A stretch of 64,000 nt of DNA, from contig CAWCBP010000001.1 in the NCBI GenBank assembly GCA_963793865.1, positions 64,001 to 128,000 of the forward strand, given 5' to 3'. This DNA is from an uncultured delta proteobacterium (lineage in GTDB: Bacteria > Desulfobacterota > WTBG01). Of this stretch, positions 40,731-51,744 are shown piece after piece. Numbering within the stretch: position 1 is the first letter of the stretch; every line of letters begins with the position of its first letter. Under the pieces are notes generated by a model. The model did not search any database, was not told the DNA's origin, and saw only the letters and a program-made list of their open reading frames with translations. The translations under genes and the position numbers were made by a program.

Positions 40731-41762
40731 ATGAACAGGCGGTCTTTCCTGCAAAGAATGGCGGCGTGGGGTGCTTTTCTGGGGAGCGGAATGGCAATTC
40801 CCCGCCTGTCCGGAGGGCAGGCGGGGGGTGCAACCTCAGTGCAGGGGTCGTTTGCGGGGAGTAAGCCGCAGGCGGCCGCGGGCATGAAAAGCCGGGTGGT
40901 CACGGTCTGCAACCCGGCCGTCCTCCTGGAGAACAACGGGGTCAGCAGCCGGATTGCCGAGGAGATGGTAACCGCCGGCATGCTGCAACTGACGGGAGAA
41001 TCCGGCGCCGATGACGCGTGGAAGAAACTTTTCAAGCCGGGTGAGGTGGTGGGAATCAAGGTCAACGCCATGGGCGGAACGCTCAGCGCAACCCATCCCG
41101 GCGTGGTAGCGGCCCTTGTCTCCGGGCTGAAGCGGGCCGGCATCCGGGAAGAAAATATCATTGTGTGGGACCGGCTGACGGAGGAACTGGCAAAGGCAGG
41201 GTATGTCATCAATAAATCCGGCGCCGGCGCACGGTGTTTTGGGACCGACAGGGACTATGACTCCTATCCTGAAACCGCCGGCTCCGTCGGGAGCTGCTTC
41301 AGCTCCCTTGTCTCATCCCGCTGCACCGCCCTGATCAATGTTCCGGTGCTCAAGGATCACGACCTCTCGGGCGTCTCCCTGGGTCTGAAAAATTTCTACG
41401 GCGCCATCCACAATCCAAACAAGTACCATGATAATAAATGCGATCCCTTCATCGCCGATCTAAATACCCACCCTTACCTGAAGGATAAACTGAGGCTGAT
41501 TGTCTGTGACGGGATTTCCATGCAGTACAACGGGGGTCCGGCCTTCAAGCCGCAGTGGAACGACCTGTTTTCCACCCTCATGTTCGGGCTTGATCCTGTC
41601 GCCGTGGACCGCGTCGGCTGCAGTCTGATAGAAGAGAAGCGCAGGGAAAAGAGGCTACCCCCGCTCAAGGATGCCGGCAGGGAGCCGGTGCATATCGCCA
41701 CCGCCGCTCAAAGGGGCCTGGGCACGGATGATCCTGCGCGGATCGAGGTGGTGTCGATTTAA
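40731..41762 (+). CDS. Tat-signal DUF362 family protein
   Basis: MNRRSFL; VGIKVN, INVPVLKDH, LGLKNFYG, DPVAVD. Confidence 0.8.
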   Translation: MNRRSFLQRMAAWGAFLGSGMAIPRLSGGQAGGATSVQGSFAGSKPQAAAGMKSRVVTVCNPAVLLENNGVSSRIAEEMVTAGMLQLTGESGADDAWKKLFKPGEVVGIKVNAMGGTLSATHPGVVAALVSGLKRAGIREENIIVWDRLTEELAKAGYVINKSGAGARCFGTDRDYDSYPETAGSVGSCFSSLVSSRCTALINVPVLKDHDLSGVSLGLKNFYGAIHNPNKYHDNKCDPFIADLNTHPYLKDKLRLIVCDGISMQYNGGPAFKPQWNDLFSTLMFGLDPVAVDRVGCSLIEEKRREKRLPPLKDAGREPVHIATAAQRGLGTDDPARIEVVSI

Positions 41763-41859
41763 CACGCAAAAAGGTTTCTGTAGGGGCGACCGGCCGGTCG
41801 CCCCTACATGAGGATAAGAATCTCCCTGAACGCTCTTCCAGGCACTGACGGACCGTATT

Positions 41860-42990
41860 ATGAATACCAACTGCAGCAGAAGAGAGTTCTTTGCCCGTCT
41901 GGCGCAATCAGCGTGCGGCCTGGGGGCCTGCAGTCTTTTGACACCAGCATCTGCCATGGCGCAGGAAGAGGTTTATCCGGTTGAGGTCGGCTTTTATAAG
42001 AAGCTTCCCGATGCCAGGATCCGCTGTGAGATATGCCCCAAACAGTGCGAGGTTGCCGACTTGGAGAGGGGATACTGCGGCAACAAGGAAAACAGGAAGG
42101 GGATTTACTACAGCCTGGTTTATGGCAGGTGCTGCAGTGCTCACATTGATCCCATCGAGAAGAAGCCGCTTTTTCATTACCTGCCGTCGACCGAGGCGTT
42201 TTCCATAGCAGCCGCGGGGTGCAACTTCGAGTGCAAGTTCTGCCAGAACTGGCAGATCGCGCAGTACCGGCCGGAACAGGTGGAAGACTTTTACCTGCCC
42301 CCCCGGGAGGTGGTGTCCCTGGCCAAAGAGAAAAAATGTCCCACCATTGCCTACACCTACTCAGAGCCGGTGGTGTTTTACGAGTATATGCTCGACACGG
42401 CAAAGCTGGGGCGCAGCAAGGGCATCGGCAGCGTGATGATATCAAACGGGTTTATCAATGAAGCCCCCCTGATGGAACTGTGCCGCCATGTAACCGGGGT
42501 AAAAATTGACCTGAAGGGGTTTAGCGAAAAGTTTTATAAGGAATACTGCAGCGGTGAGCTGAAACCGGTTCTCGATACCCTGAAGCGTCTTCGCAAGGCA
42601 GGCGTCTGGTATGAAATCGTCGTGCTGCTCATCCCGACGCTCAATGACAGCCGCGATGAGATCAGGCAGATGTGCGGGTGGATCAAATCAGAGCTGGGGG
42701 TCGAGGTTCCGATCCATTTTACCCGTTTTCACCCCATGTATAAAATACAGAATCTGCCGTCCACGCCGGTAAAAACCCTGGAAGAGGCGCGTGCCATTGC
42801 CCGGGAGGCGGGGCTGCACTATGTCTACCTGGGAAACGTGTCGGGCCATGAAGGGGAAAACACCTATTGCCCGAAGTGTAAAGAGGTGGTGATCGGCAGG
42901 GTGGGGTTCCACATTACCAGGAATGTGCTGAAGAAGGGATCGTGCCCCTCCTGCGGCCACCGCATCCCCGGAGTGTGGGAACAGGTTTAG
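41860..42990 (+). CDS. amrS: AmmeMemoRadiSam system radical SAM enzyme with Tat-like N-terminus
   Basis: DPIEKKPLFH, GCNFECKFCQNW, AYTYSEP, HFTRFHP, YVYLGNV, NTYCPKC; SRREFF. Confidence 0.88.
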   Translation: MNTNCSRREFFARLAQSACGLGACSLLTPASAMAQEEVYPVEVGFYKKLPDARIRCEICPKQCEVADLERGYCGNKENRKGIYYSLVYGRCCSAHIDPIEKKPLFHYLPSTEAFSIAAAGCNFECKFCQNWQIAQYRPEQVEDFYLPPREVVSLAKEKKCPTIAYTYSEPVVFYEYMLDTAKLGRSKGIGSVMISNGFINEAPLMELCRHVTGVKIDLKGFSEKFYKEYCSGELKPVLDTLKRLRKAGVWYEIVVLLIPTLNDSRDEIRQMCGWIKSELGVEVPIHFTRFHPMYKIQNLPSTPVKTLEEARAIAREAGLHYVYLGNVSGHEGENTYCPKCKEVVIGRVGFHITRNVLKKGSCPSCGHRIPGVWEQV

Positions 42991-43067
42991 TGCGCCCTGC
43001 TCGACCGCAGAATCCACTGAGCAGCAGTGGGAGGGTAGCCGCAAGCTTTAGCTTGCGTTTTTTTGAA

Positions 43068-45382
43068 CTATCTTCCTTTCTGCAGCAAATAGATCAAAAG
43101 CAGCGTCCCGCTCATGAGGTTGAGCGCCCCGGTAATAAGGCAGCTCTGGTAGACGCCCAGAACTGGGACGAGTATGGTTCCGGTCAGAAGCGCCCCCAGA
43201 CACGCCCCCAGATGATCAAACGCATTGACCCGCCCGGCAACTGTTCCCGCCGCATAACGATCTGTAAATATTCTGCTCACCAGGGGAAACTCAAGCCCGG
43301 TCAGCCAGCCGGCACCGGCAACCAGGGCCATAAAGAGGTATCGAAGGTCAATGCTGCTGCCCGAAGTCGATATCCTTACGTATGAGAACAGTTCCAGGAT
43401 GTAGGGCAGGCCTATTGCGTACACACCGATAAGGATGGAAAGCAGGGTCAAAATCTTGACCCAGCTCCGCTCACGGCCTGAAATCAATTTGTTCATTTGT
43501 GCGCCGCCTGCCGCAAGCCCCAGCATAAAGACTGCAACAATCAGCCCCATCTGCCGGTAGACATAGCCGTAGATGTTCTGAAATGAAAAAAGCAGGACAA
43601 TTTCGAGGGCCATCCCGGCAAATCCGGCTGAAGCTATGGCAATCAGGGCATTGCAGTTGAGGTGAGATGCCAGCCTCTTTCGTGTTGCCAGGACGTAGGC
43701 AATACGAAGTAAGAACAATATAGATGAGCGGCAGGACCAGCACGTCCAGCCTGCCGGCAATCCCCTGAAAGAGGTTTGCGCGCCTCCTGCTTCCGGCTAT
43801 GCTCTCCCAGAGAACGAGGTTGTAATAATAGGTTATGGGACAGCTGTCAGTATTAATTTGAACTGCGGGTTGCCGCTCCATTTCTTCCGCCAGAAATGAG
43901 GCGCGGTCTTCAGGGAAAAGCATACCAAAATGGTAGGGTGTGAATGTATCGGAAGTGATGTTGCGGCTTCGATACCGCCGAGCCAGAAGGTCCGGGTCGG
44001 CGGAGATTACCCCGGGGGCGTCAGTGGCAAAAAAATAATTCTTCGTACCGGGGGAGACAATGATCCGGGAAAAGACTTTCCTCAAGTGTCTGGTAAAGGG
44101 AACTTGCGTAAATGCCGACCTCGGCGCCAAGGTAGCTGTCCGAGCCGGTAATTCCGGTAACCAGAACACCCCCCGGAGCCAGTTTTCTTTTGGCTTCTTC
44201 AAAAAATTCAATGGTATAGAAGCGATTGAGCATGGCATTCGAAGGATCGGGCAGATTCAGAATGATCATGTCGTAGTCCTCCGCAGTCTGCTGGATAAAA
44301 TATCTGCCGTCCCTGAAAAAGAGACTGACTCGATTGTCATCCAGTGCAATCCGGTCCTGGACCGCCAGATAGGGCAGGCTGACTTCAATCATCAGCGGAT
44401 CAAGCTCAACGTAGTGGAGCAGTTTGATCGGATACTTGAGCATTTCATTAACGATTCCGGCAGAACCGCCTCCCACCAGGAGGATTTTACCCGGAGCGGG
44501 ATGCTGGGAAAGGGTAAAGTGGGCAAAGATGGATGATTGATAGGGATCCGGGAATGATGTCACGTACTGACCGTTGCCAAATACGCTGTATTGATTTTGT
44601 GCGGACGCAACAACGATATTCTGATAGGGTGAGTCGACCGAGACATGGAGTTCCAATCGGTTTTTATAGGTATCCCACCTTTTTTGTATCAAAAGGTCGT
44701 CGAGCCTCGCAAAATTTCCGGTGAGCAGCAGAAAGGCGTTGGCCGCAGCCAAAGCAATGCATGACCAGCTCAGGATGGGGTTTCTGAACCCGGTGCGGAG
44801 GAAGCAGAGGGCGGCGGCATTGAACAACATAAGTGTTGAGATGATGGCCAGGATTTCATACGGCTTACAGTGCGCGATCAGGTAGAAGGTGAGAACGGCT
44901 CCTCCCGTGAGACTTCCCGCTGCCTCCAGAATATAGACCAACCCAATATGTTGTGCCTGTTTTTTTTCATGCACTGCAAATAGTGTGCATGCGCACGGAA
45001 AGATGAGGCCCATGGTAAAGCTGAAGGGAAGGGTGATGAGAATCGCCGCGGTGATAAGAGGAAGGAGGCTGATATATTCCCCCGGCGGGACGACCAGAAT
45101 GCCCCTGATCAGGCGGATGGTACAGATCTGAAAAAACGGGAGCAGGCAAAGGGCTGCCTGCAGGAGCATGAAGAGGGGGAATATCCGGGTAACCCGACGG
45201 GTTATCCAGCCTCCTGAGCCTGAACCCAGGGCAATGCCGATGAGCCAGCCGCCCAGGATTATACCCAGACAGAGCTCATTGCCGAAGAATACGACCATGA
45301 ACTCCCTGACGGTGAGGACCTGGACAGTAATGGATATGAGGCCGAGGAAGAAATAGGCGGCGCAGAGGAATGCCGTAGCCAT
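43068..45382 (-). CDS. Membrane-bound spermidine-synthase-like protein (split into three ORFs by two apparent frameshifts)
   Basis: N- and C-terminal TM domains; LLVGGG, VELDP, DGRYFI, DMIILNLPDP, NRFYT, INTD..P. Confidence 0.8.
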
Positions 45383-45493
45383 AGTGACCGAATGTGCCGC
45401 AGGTTAATTTGATGAACTTATAATAATTTTCCGGGGGGAGCAGTTATAAATTTATGTTTTTAAACACATTTTTTCCGATCCGGGAAAAATGTG

Positions 45494-45522
45494 TTGACAT
45501 ACAGCCATTAAAATGATATATA
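45494..45522 (+). promoter_or_regulatory. Sigma70-type promoter candidate
   Basis: TTGACA-17 bp-TATATA with an upstream TG; followed by hairpin AGGTTATCGG..CCGGTAACCT (45532-45558). Confidence 0.45.
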
Positions 45523-45626
45523 CTGCCACCAAGGTTATCGGAAGTTATCCGGTAACCTCAATTTATTTTATAGGGATCACGGAGGCAAGCATGCGCCAAT
45601 AAAATTGGTTAATTTCAAGGGAGGCT

Positions 45627-46247
45627 GTGATTACCATGTTTCAATATATATTTGAAAACAGAGTTCTAAAGGAATTGGCAGGGTTTGTTCTGGTGCTCAA
45701 CGCGGTGGTGTTGGTATTCTCACTTTATACCAGTTACAATAATACCCTCGCCATCCGGACCATACACGAGGAAATCCTTGATCTTCAAAGCCGGGTTGAA
45801 GAAGAGAGCCGGTTGCGGCAGGAACTCTTCAGCGAACTGAGGCACTCCGCAAGTTACCTCCAGCGATACAATCCCCGTCTAGATAACGACACCGCCCTTA
45901 AATATGTCTGCAAAATCAGGGAATGCAGCGAACCCCCGGTTACGCCGGAACTGCTGACCGCTCTGATCGTGGTTGAATCCGGCGCCAATCACGTAGCGGT
46001 GAGTAGCAAGGGTGCGGTTGGACTTACCCAGGTAATGCCCAAGATTTGGCAATGCAAGAAAAAGGAGCTGCTGAATCCGTACAGAAATATCGAGATAGGA
46101 TCAAAAATACTTAAATATTATATAGATAGAAATGGTATCCACGGCGGTTTGAGCTCGTATAACAGCGGCAGAACCGATTACGCGCTTGACTATGCCCACT
46201 CTGTGCTGGCTATCGCCAATGATTTGAAGGTGAACAAGGTCTTCTAG
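45627..46247 (+). CDS. SLT-family lytic transglycosylase with N-terminal TM anchor
   Basis: ALIVVES, AVSSKGAVGLTQVMP, NIEIG, SYNSG. Confidence 0.85.
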   Translation: MITMFQYIFENRVLKELAGFVLVLNAVVLVFSLYTSYNNTLAIRTIHEEILDLQSRVEEESRLRQELFSELRHSASYLQRYNPRLDNDTALKYVCKIRECSEPPVTPELLTALIVVESGANHVAVSSKGAVGLTQVMPKIWQCKKKELLNPYRNIEIGSKILKYYIDRNGIHGGLSSYNSGRTDYALDYAHSVLAIANDLKVNKVF

Positions 46248-46417
46248 CCTAACGCATTTGATATTTCTGTAGGAGCGCATTTATGCGCGATGCGTTCGCG
46301 GCTTCAAGCCGCTCCTACCGGCCATGAATGTTTCTGAGAGAAAAACCGGCAAGCGGCTGGTAACTTATCGGATTAGAACCTGTAAATTTAAACCTACCGT
46401 CTTTGGGCGTTTGTATC

Positions 46418-47998
46418 TCACTTCCTCAAGTATTCCAGTTCCGCCGGTAAATCGACATTATTGCCCACCTCATCCTCTCCATAGTTTGCCCTGGCGAGGG
46501 CTTCGATATCCATGAGCGCCCTGCGGTCACCCCTGAAGGTAGCATGTATGTCAATTTTTATGTCGATTTTACCGGCCGCCATCAGCCGTTTTATCTCTTT
46601 TGCCACCAGGGGTTTTAATTCTTCAGCCTGGATGGAGCTTTCCTCTGTTTCGCAGGTAAGATGCTCCACCGTCAGCTCTTCAAAGCTTGAAAGAAAACCT
46701 TCCTTCATCAGCCGGTCCAGTTCATCGTATACCATCGGCTTAACGGCTTCCCGCTTAATTTTCCCCTTTTCCTGCGGGGGCTGTATCTTTTCCAGTATAA
46801 GCTGCCGCTTTCGGGCGCTTATCTTCTCGTTGGCCCGGAAAATATCCAGCGCGCTGCCGGCATCGTATTCTTCGCCGTCTATCTCCATTATGACATCGGA
46901 ACCATAGTGCTTCACGATTTTCATCACCATGGTGGCCGGCCGGACATGGAAACCCATGTAGGTGGGTATGGGTACCTTGATGGAATCGACAACCACAAAA
47001 CTTTTGAGAAAGGATTGAGCCAGGGTTATGCCCCTGGTCAGATGTTTGAAACAGTAAAAAAGACAGTAATTTACAAGGCAATCCAGGATTATATCCTTGT
47101 CGATGATTCGCTCAATGTTTTCCCGCACCTTTTCCTGCCGCAGCTCGCTTTCGTGCCTTTCATAAAAATGGATGAGCACGGTTGCCATTTCAGCGAGATG
47201 GAGGGCAACTGAAATGAAGCCCCGCATGCTGTTGAGCGAGGGGTGTATGGTTTCTATTTTGGTGTTTTTCAGGTAGGTATCGTACAGGGACTGAAGGCTG
47301 TGCACCCGCAGCTCGAATCTTCTCAGCTTTTCTTCGCTTACGTACTCCGGTATAAGCGCCGCTATTTCCTGAACGGTATGCCGCCGGTCAAACTGCAGGT
47401 CTTCGTGATCTCGCAGGATGTTGAGGTACTCCGAGGCAATTTTTACCACGTTTTCCTCTTCCCTGGTGGAAAAGTCTTCTCCGAGATTGTGGGGGAGCAT
47501 TTTATTGGATGCCACATCCAAAAAATCCTCCTCCTTGAGCCTCTCATCCGGGATGGTCAGGCCGAGGCGGGTCCCCTCATCGCAGATAGACCTGAAGACA
47601 TTCTTAATGGCCGTGTTAAAGAATTCCTGCGTCCGCGCCGTCTTTTCCAGGAATTCCTTTTCCTTGACATTTTTTACGTCATACAGGGCATACCGGTTCC
47701 TTACGTGCTGAATCATGTAAGAGCAGTATCCCATGTACCGTGCAGATGCGACCAGCTCCCTGAAATAGACCCAGGTCCGGTTGTTCTTGGCGCCGTAGTC
47801 GTCCAGGAAATCCTCCAGGATTCTGGACTGGGTGGTGACGTTCCCGTAAAAGCGCTTGGTGAACAGGGAGTCTTCCATCTCTTTATCATTGAGATAGGAG
47901 CAGATTTTCATTATCTCCGAGGTCTGCTTCTGAAAAATTTCCAGAAAATCCTTCTCGGAGATGATTTCCTTTAAAGGGGATACCATGGATTGCCTCAC
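46418..47998 (-). CDS. Large protein with an embedded HPr-like domain
   Basis: MGFHVRPATMVMKIVKHY..YDAGSALDI resembles the HPr active-site region; long helical N-terminus. Confidence 0.65.
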   Translation of the reverse strand: MRQSMVSPLKEIISEKDFLEIFQKQTSEIMKICSYLNDKEMEDSLFTKRFYGNVTTQSRILEDFLDDYGAKNNRTWVYFRELVASARYMGYCSYMIQHVRNRYALYDVKNVKEKEFLEKTARTQEFFNTAIKNVFRSICDEGTRLGLTIPDERLKEEDFLDVASNKMLPHNLGEDFSTREEENVVKIASEYLNILRDHEDLQFDRRHTVQEIAALIPEYVSEEKLRRFELRVHSLQSLYDTYLKNTKIETIHPSLNSMRGFISVALHLAEMATVLIHFYERHESELRQEKVRENIERIIDKDIILDCLVNYCLFYCFKHLTRGITLAQSFLKSFVVVDSIKVPIPTYMGFHVRPATMVMKIVKHYGSDVIMEIDGEEYDAGSALDIFRANEKISARKRQLILEKIQPPQEKGKIKREAVKPMVYDELDRLMKEGFLSSFEELTVEHLTCETEESSIQAEELKPLVAKEIKRLMAAGKIDIKIDIHATFRGDRRALMDIEALARANYGEDEVGNNVDLPAELEYLRK

Positions 47999-48210
47999 GG
48001 ATGATCATGTGCGTTCAGAGTATATATTATGGAGTTGCGGGAGGTATGTCAAATGAAATTCCCCGGCGTCTGTTCTCTCGGCAGCGACCTGGATCGAGCA
48101 TGATCCGTTAGTGACTTGGCTGTCCCGGCGTACTCTGGGACATATATATTATTAGTATTGCAAATCCATTCCTTATGTAGTTTAATAGTATTATACTGTA
48201 ACGTAATCTG

Positions 48211-48313
48211 GAGGGGAAGGGTGAAAACCGTTAATGGACATAACCCCGCTTTTTCTCGGAAGGAGACATCTGAGACTGAGGCGGGGTTTAATTTCGTAAT
48301 GGTCTTAGGATGA
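48211..48313 (+). promoter_or_regulatory. Conserved leader, copy 1 (SD + uORF + long hairpin)
   Basis: GAGGGG SD, GTG at 48221, hairpin ACATAACCCCGCTTTTTCTCGGA..TCTGAGACTGAGGCGGGGTT at 48238-48288; uORF stop overlaps the ATG at 48310. Confidence 0.7.
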
Positions 48314-50406
48314 AGGTGGGGAGATTTTATTTTCTGGGAGAGAAGATGATGAAAAGATTAGTAGTGTTAGGTGCAGTGTTATCAAGCATCTTTTTAACTT
48401 TTAATAAAAGCCACAGTATTCAATATTGGGCAATACACTATGGAGAAAGTGAATTTGATACGGCTCAGTGTATCAAGCAAGTGTCATCAGATGAATATAT
48501 TGTAGCAGGTAGTACGCGTGGTTTAAATTATTATAGTGACATCCGGATTTTAAATCTTAACGGGAGTGGGAATGTCAACTGGCAAAAGACGTATAACGGG
48601 TTGGGTGATAATGAGGACTACCCCACATCCATCCAGGTAACCGCCGATGGGGGTTATATTGTAGCAGGAAGTACCTGGTCCCATGGTGGAACTTCTTGGT
48701 GGGATGATATCTGGATTTTGAAGCTTGATAATAATGGGGATATCAATTGGCAAAAGTCTTATGGTGGGATCTATAGAGATTATCCCGATTGTATCCATCA
48801 GACTTCAGATGGTGGTTATGTAGTTGCAGGATTTACAGCTTCTTTTGGTACTGGTTATGATGCCTGGGTACTCAAGCTTACCGATAGTGGTGATGTGTCC
48901 TGGCAGAAAATATATGGGGGAATCTCCGAAGATTTTTTTCATACTATCATACAGACTGCAGATGGAGGCTATATTGTTGCAGGAGAAACTAATCCCTTGG
49001 ATATTTTTGATGATGATTATTTCTGGGTTGTAAATCTTGATAGTAATGGCAATATCAACTGGCAGAAGATGTATCGTCAGAGCGGGCCTGGATCCATATC
49101 CATTCTTCAGTCATCAGATGGCGGATATATGCTGGTTGGGAATACAAAAACCAATGCTCTAGGATTAAAAGATATATACGTTTTAAAACTTGATAGCTAT
49201 GGGGATGTAATATGGCATAAGACTATAGGAGGAAGTGGAACGGATACCACTGGATGGTCAGGTTTCACGCAAGAGACGACTGACGGAGGATACATCATAG
49301 CAGGGTCAACAGATTCATTTGGATCAGGAGACTCTGATAGTTGGCTAGTAAAGCTTGATAGTGATGGAAACATTTCCTGGCAAAAAACGTATGGAGAGTT
49401 TGGAGCCAGTGCGGTTCAACAAACATTAGATGGCGGGTATATTATGGTTGGAAATATCTATCCGCCAGAAGGGAGCATTTCTAATTTTTGGGCGTTAAAA
49501 CTCGATAGCAATGGAGATATACCCAATTGCAGCATCATTGCCAATACCAATGCTACTACAGCAATTCCCTCCATTTCAGTCAGCAATACCAATGCTACAG
49601 TTCAAGAAACCTCTGCTGTCATTATTGACACAATTACTACCCCTCAAAATACAGAAACGGAACCATTTTGGATATGTTGTTACAACAGCGATGATTTCGA
49701 ATGTGATGGATTTTTAAATGAAGTTGATAACTGTCCTAACATCTCGAACCCCGTTCAGGAAGATACGTATCCCCCACTAGGCAACGGCATCGGTGACGCC
49801 TGCGACTGTGAAGGTAACTTTAACTGTGATGCAGATGTCGATGGGAGCGATGCTGCTTTACTCAAGGTTGATTTCGGAAGAAGTAATATCGAGCATCCCT
49901 GCATTGCCGGAGATACATGCAACGGCGACTTCAACTGCGACGGCGACGTGGATGGAACCGATGCATCGCTGTTCAAATCCGACTTTGGCCGCAGTTCGAT
50001 GCAGAGTCCCTGCCCCGCATGTGTGCAGGGCGAATGGTGCGGCTATGGGGAGCCTTTTGTCAGTGGATACTGGGACAGCGGCTGCCAGGGCAGTTTCATG
50101 GAATTTGCAGGGGGTACTTGCGGCGAAGATGAAATCGTTGCTGACGTTGCGGGGAATGTCATTCATCTTACGCACTATAACGCCTTCTACAACTGCTGCC
50201 CGGATGATATCCCCGTTACCATGGCGGTTGAGGGGAACTTGTTGCGATTGCAGGAAACTGAAAGTAACGTGGGATGCCGGTGCATGTGCTGCTACACGGT
50301 TGAATCGGAGATTGCCGATTTAGAGCCCGGCGAGTATACGATTGAGTATTGCTGGAAGGTCATCGGAGGTCCCTGCGAAACCCTCATGGTTACGGTGCCT
50401 GATTAA
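48310..50406 (+). CDS. Secreted beta-propeller repeat protein with dockerin-like tail and extra Cys-rich C-terminal domain
   Basis: Signal peptide (alternative start 48346); repeats [41 protein letters not shown] tail. Confidence 0.8.
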   Translation: MKVGRFYFLGEKMMKRLVVLGAVLSSIFLTFNKSHSIQYWAIHYGESEFDTAQCIKQVSSDEYIVAGSTRGLNYYSDIRILNLNGSGNVNWQKTYNGLGDNEDYPTSIQVTADGGYIVAGSTWSHGGTSWWDDIWILKLDNNGDINWQKSYGGIYRDYPDCIHQTSDGGYVVAGFTASFGTGYDAWVLKLTDSGDVSWQKIYGGISEDFFHTIIQTADGGYIVAGETNPLDIFDDDYFWVVNLDSNGNINWQKMYRQSGPGSISILQSSDGGYMLVGNTKTNALGLKDIYVLKLDSYGDVIWHKTIGGSGTDTTGWSGFTQETTDGGYIIAGSTDSFGSGDSDSWLVKLDSDGNISWQKTYGEFGASAVQQTLDGGYIMVGNIYPPEGSISNFWALKLDSNGDIPNCSIIANTNATTAIPSISVSNTNATVQETSAVIIDTITTPQNTETEPFWICCYNSDDFECDGFLNEVDNCPNISNPVQEDTYPPLGNGIGDACDCEGNFNCDADVDGSDAALLKVDFGRSNIEHPCIAGDTCNGDFNCDGDVDGTDASLFKSDFGRSSMQSPCPACVQGEWCGYGEPFVSGYWDSGCQGSFMEFAGGTCGEDEIVADVAGNVIHLTHYNAFYNCCPDDIPVTMAVEGNLLRLQETESNVGCRCMCCYTVESEIADLEPGEYTIEYCWKVIGGPCETLMVTVPD

Positions 50407-50481
50407 CGCTTTCCCACCGTGCGAGATAGAAGTGGTGTAATAATGAATGAATCATGGGATTGCTGACAAAGGAGGTTTGAG

Positions 50482-51387
50482 ATGCGAACATGGTACGCGA
50501 TTGCACTGATGAGCGTATTACTCCTGCTTGGCTACTATCATACTGATGTTACAGCAATTACTGATCCGTCAGGGGACCATATAGGGGCTGCTGATATTGT
50601 GTCGGCAACCGCTGAGCACTATATGAGAGGGGATGGTGTAACACTCTTAAAAATTAGTGTTACATCTACCCCTCATCTGCCCGGACTGATATTGTTTGAA
50701 TCCAATGTTGATAATACAGGTGATGTTGCGATGCTCACCGAGTTTTTTCAACCACCCGTTGCACCATGTCCATGTAAAACTGCGTATGGAATTGATGTCG
50801 GCATTATGGTGTTTACCAGATCTCAGGGCGATAACTCTCAAACCGCCTTCTGCCGTGGGTGCCTGGACCAGCAGCAGCAAGCGTGCAGTAAAGGAAGAAA
50901 AGCGGGTGAATGGTATGCTTATGCATCGGCATTAGGCATGGAAAACGGTTTGGGCGTTATCCGAGGATTCCTCGATCCCATACCCGCCGGACCGGAAAGT
51001 GGAGGAACTTATGCTTGTTACACTCTTCCCTGGGGTACCTTATTGATGTATGCGTATGCCGCCTTAGACGGGGACACCCGGCAATTCAACTTGGAACAGG
51101 CGTTCAACCCTGCTAATAACAAGTGGACAATCAGCATATGGCATGATCAATCTTTCGCTGACCAGGACGACTTTGCCGATGGTACCACCTTTTTAAACAT
51201 CTCTGACTGGATACCAAATGGTACAGGGGTGATGGCTGATATGCAGCCCGCTGGCCCGTATACATACTGCGAGGGGAACTTTGATAATGACTTTGATCAG
51301 GACGGTCTGGATGCGTCAAGATTCAAACAGAACTTCGGGCGCAGTCCAATTTCTTTCAAATGCCCCGGCTGTGCTCCCCATTATTAA
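50482..51387 (+). CDS. Secreted Cys-rich hypothetical protein with a single dockerin-like repeat
   Basis: SD AAGGAGG, signal peptide; C-terminal CEGNFDNDFDQDGLDASRFKQNFGRS..CPGC. Confidence 0.75.
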   Translation: MRTWYAIALMSVLLLLGYYHTDVTAITDPSGDHIGAADIVSATAEHYMRGDGVTLLKISVTSTPHLPGLILFESNVDNTGDVAMLTEFFQPPVAPCPCKTAYGIDVGIMVFTRSQGDNSQTAFCRGCLDQQQQACSKGRKAGEWYAYASALGMENGLGVIRGFLDPIPAGPESGGTYACYTLPWGTLLMYAYAALDGDTRQFNLEQAFNPANNKWTISIWHDQSFADQDDFADGTTFLNISDWIPNGTGVMADMQPAGPYTYCEGNFDNDFDQDGLDASRFKQNFGRSPISFKCPGCAPHY

Positions 51388-51600
51388 GAGTTTCTCTAAA
51401 AACCAGGCAATACACCAGGATTGCCATTTCCACCCCGTATCAAGTGCGGGGTAAACTCCAGCGGGAATCCGGAAAATGTCATGAAGGATATAAAACATTT
51501 TCTAACGAAGTGCTTTTATGTTTTGCCGGTTGACTTATAGCTATTTCTGAATCAGCACTCGTGCAATTGATTACATGATGTTGCCATAAATCAATTAAGT

Positions 51601-51680
51601 GAGGGGAACGTGGAAACAGCCGGTAGACATAACCCCGCTTTTTCTTAGACGGAAAAGTCTGAGAATGCGGGATTATGTTT
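51601..51680 (+). promoter_or_regulatory. Conserved leader, copy 2
   Basis: GAGGGG SD, GTG at 51610, hairpin ACATAACCCCGCTTTTTCTTAGAC-GGAAAA-GTCTGAGAATGCGGGATTATGT at 51627-51678. Confidence 0.7.
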
Positions 51681-51696
51681 TTAAAGGGGGTAGAAA

Positions 51697-51744
51697 ATGA
51701 AAAAGCTGGGTATCGTAGTTGGTTGTCTAATTGTTTTTTGCGTA
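51697..51744 (+). pseudogene. 5' remnant (signal peptide) of an array gene interrupted by the RAYT element
   Basis: AGGGGG SD then MKKLGIVVGCLIVFCV, abutting the left inverted repeat. Confidence 0.6.
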
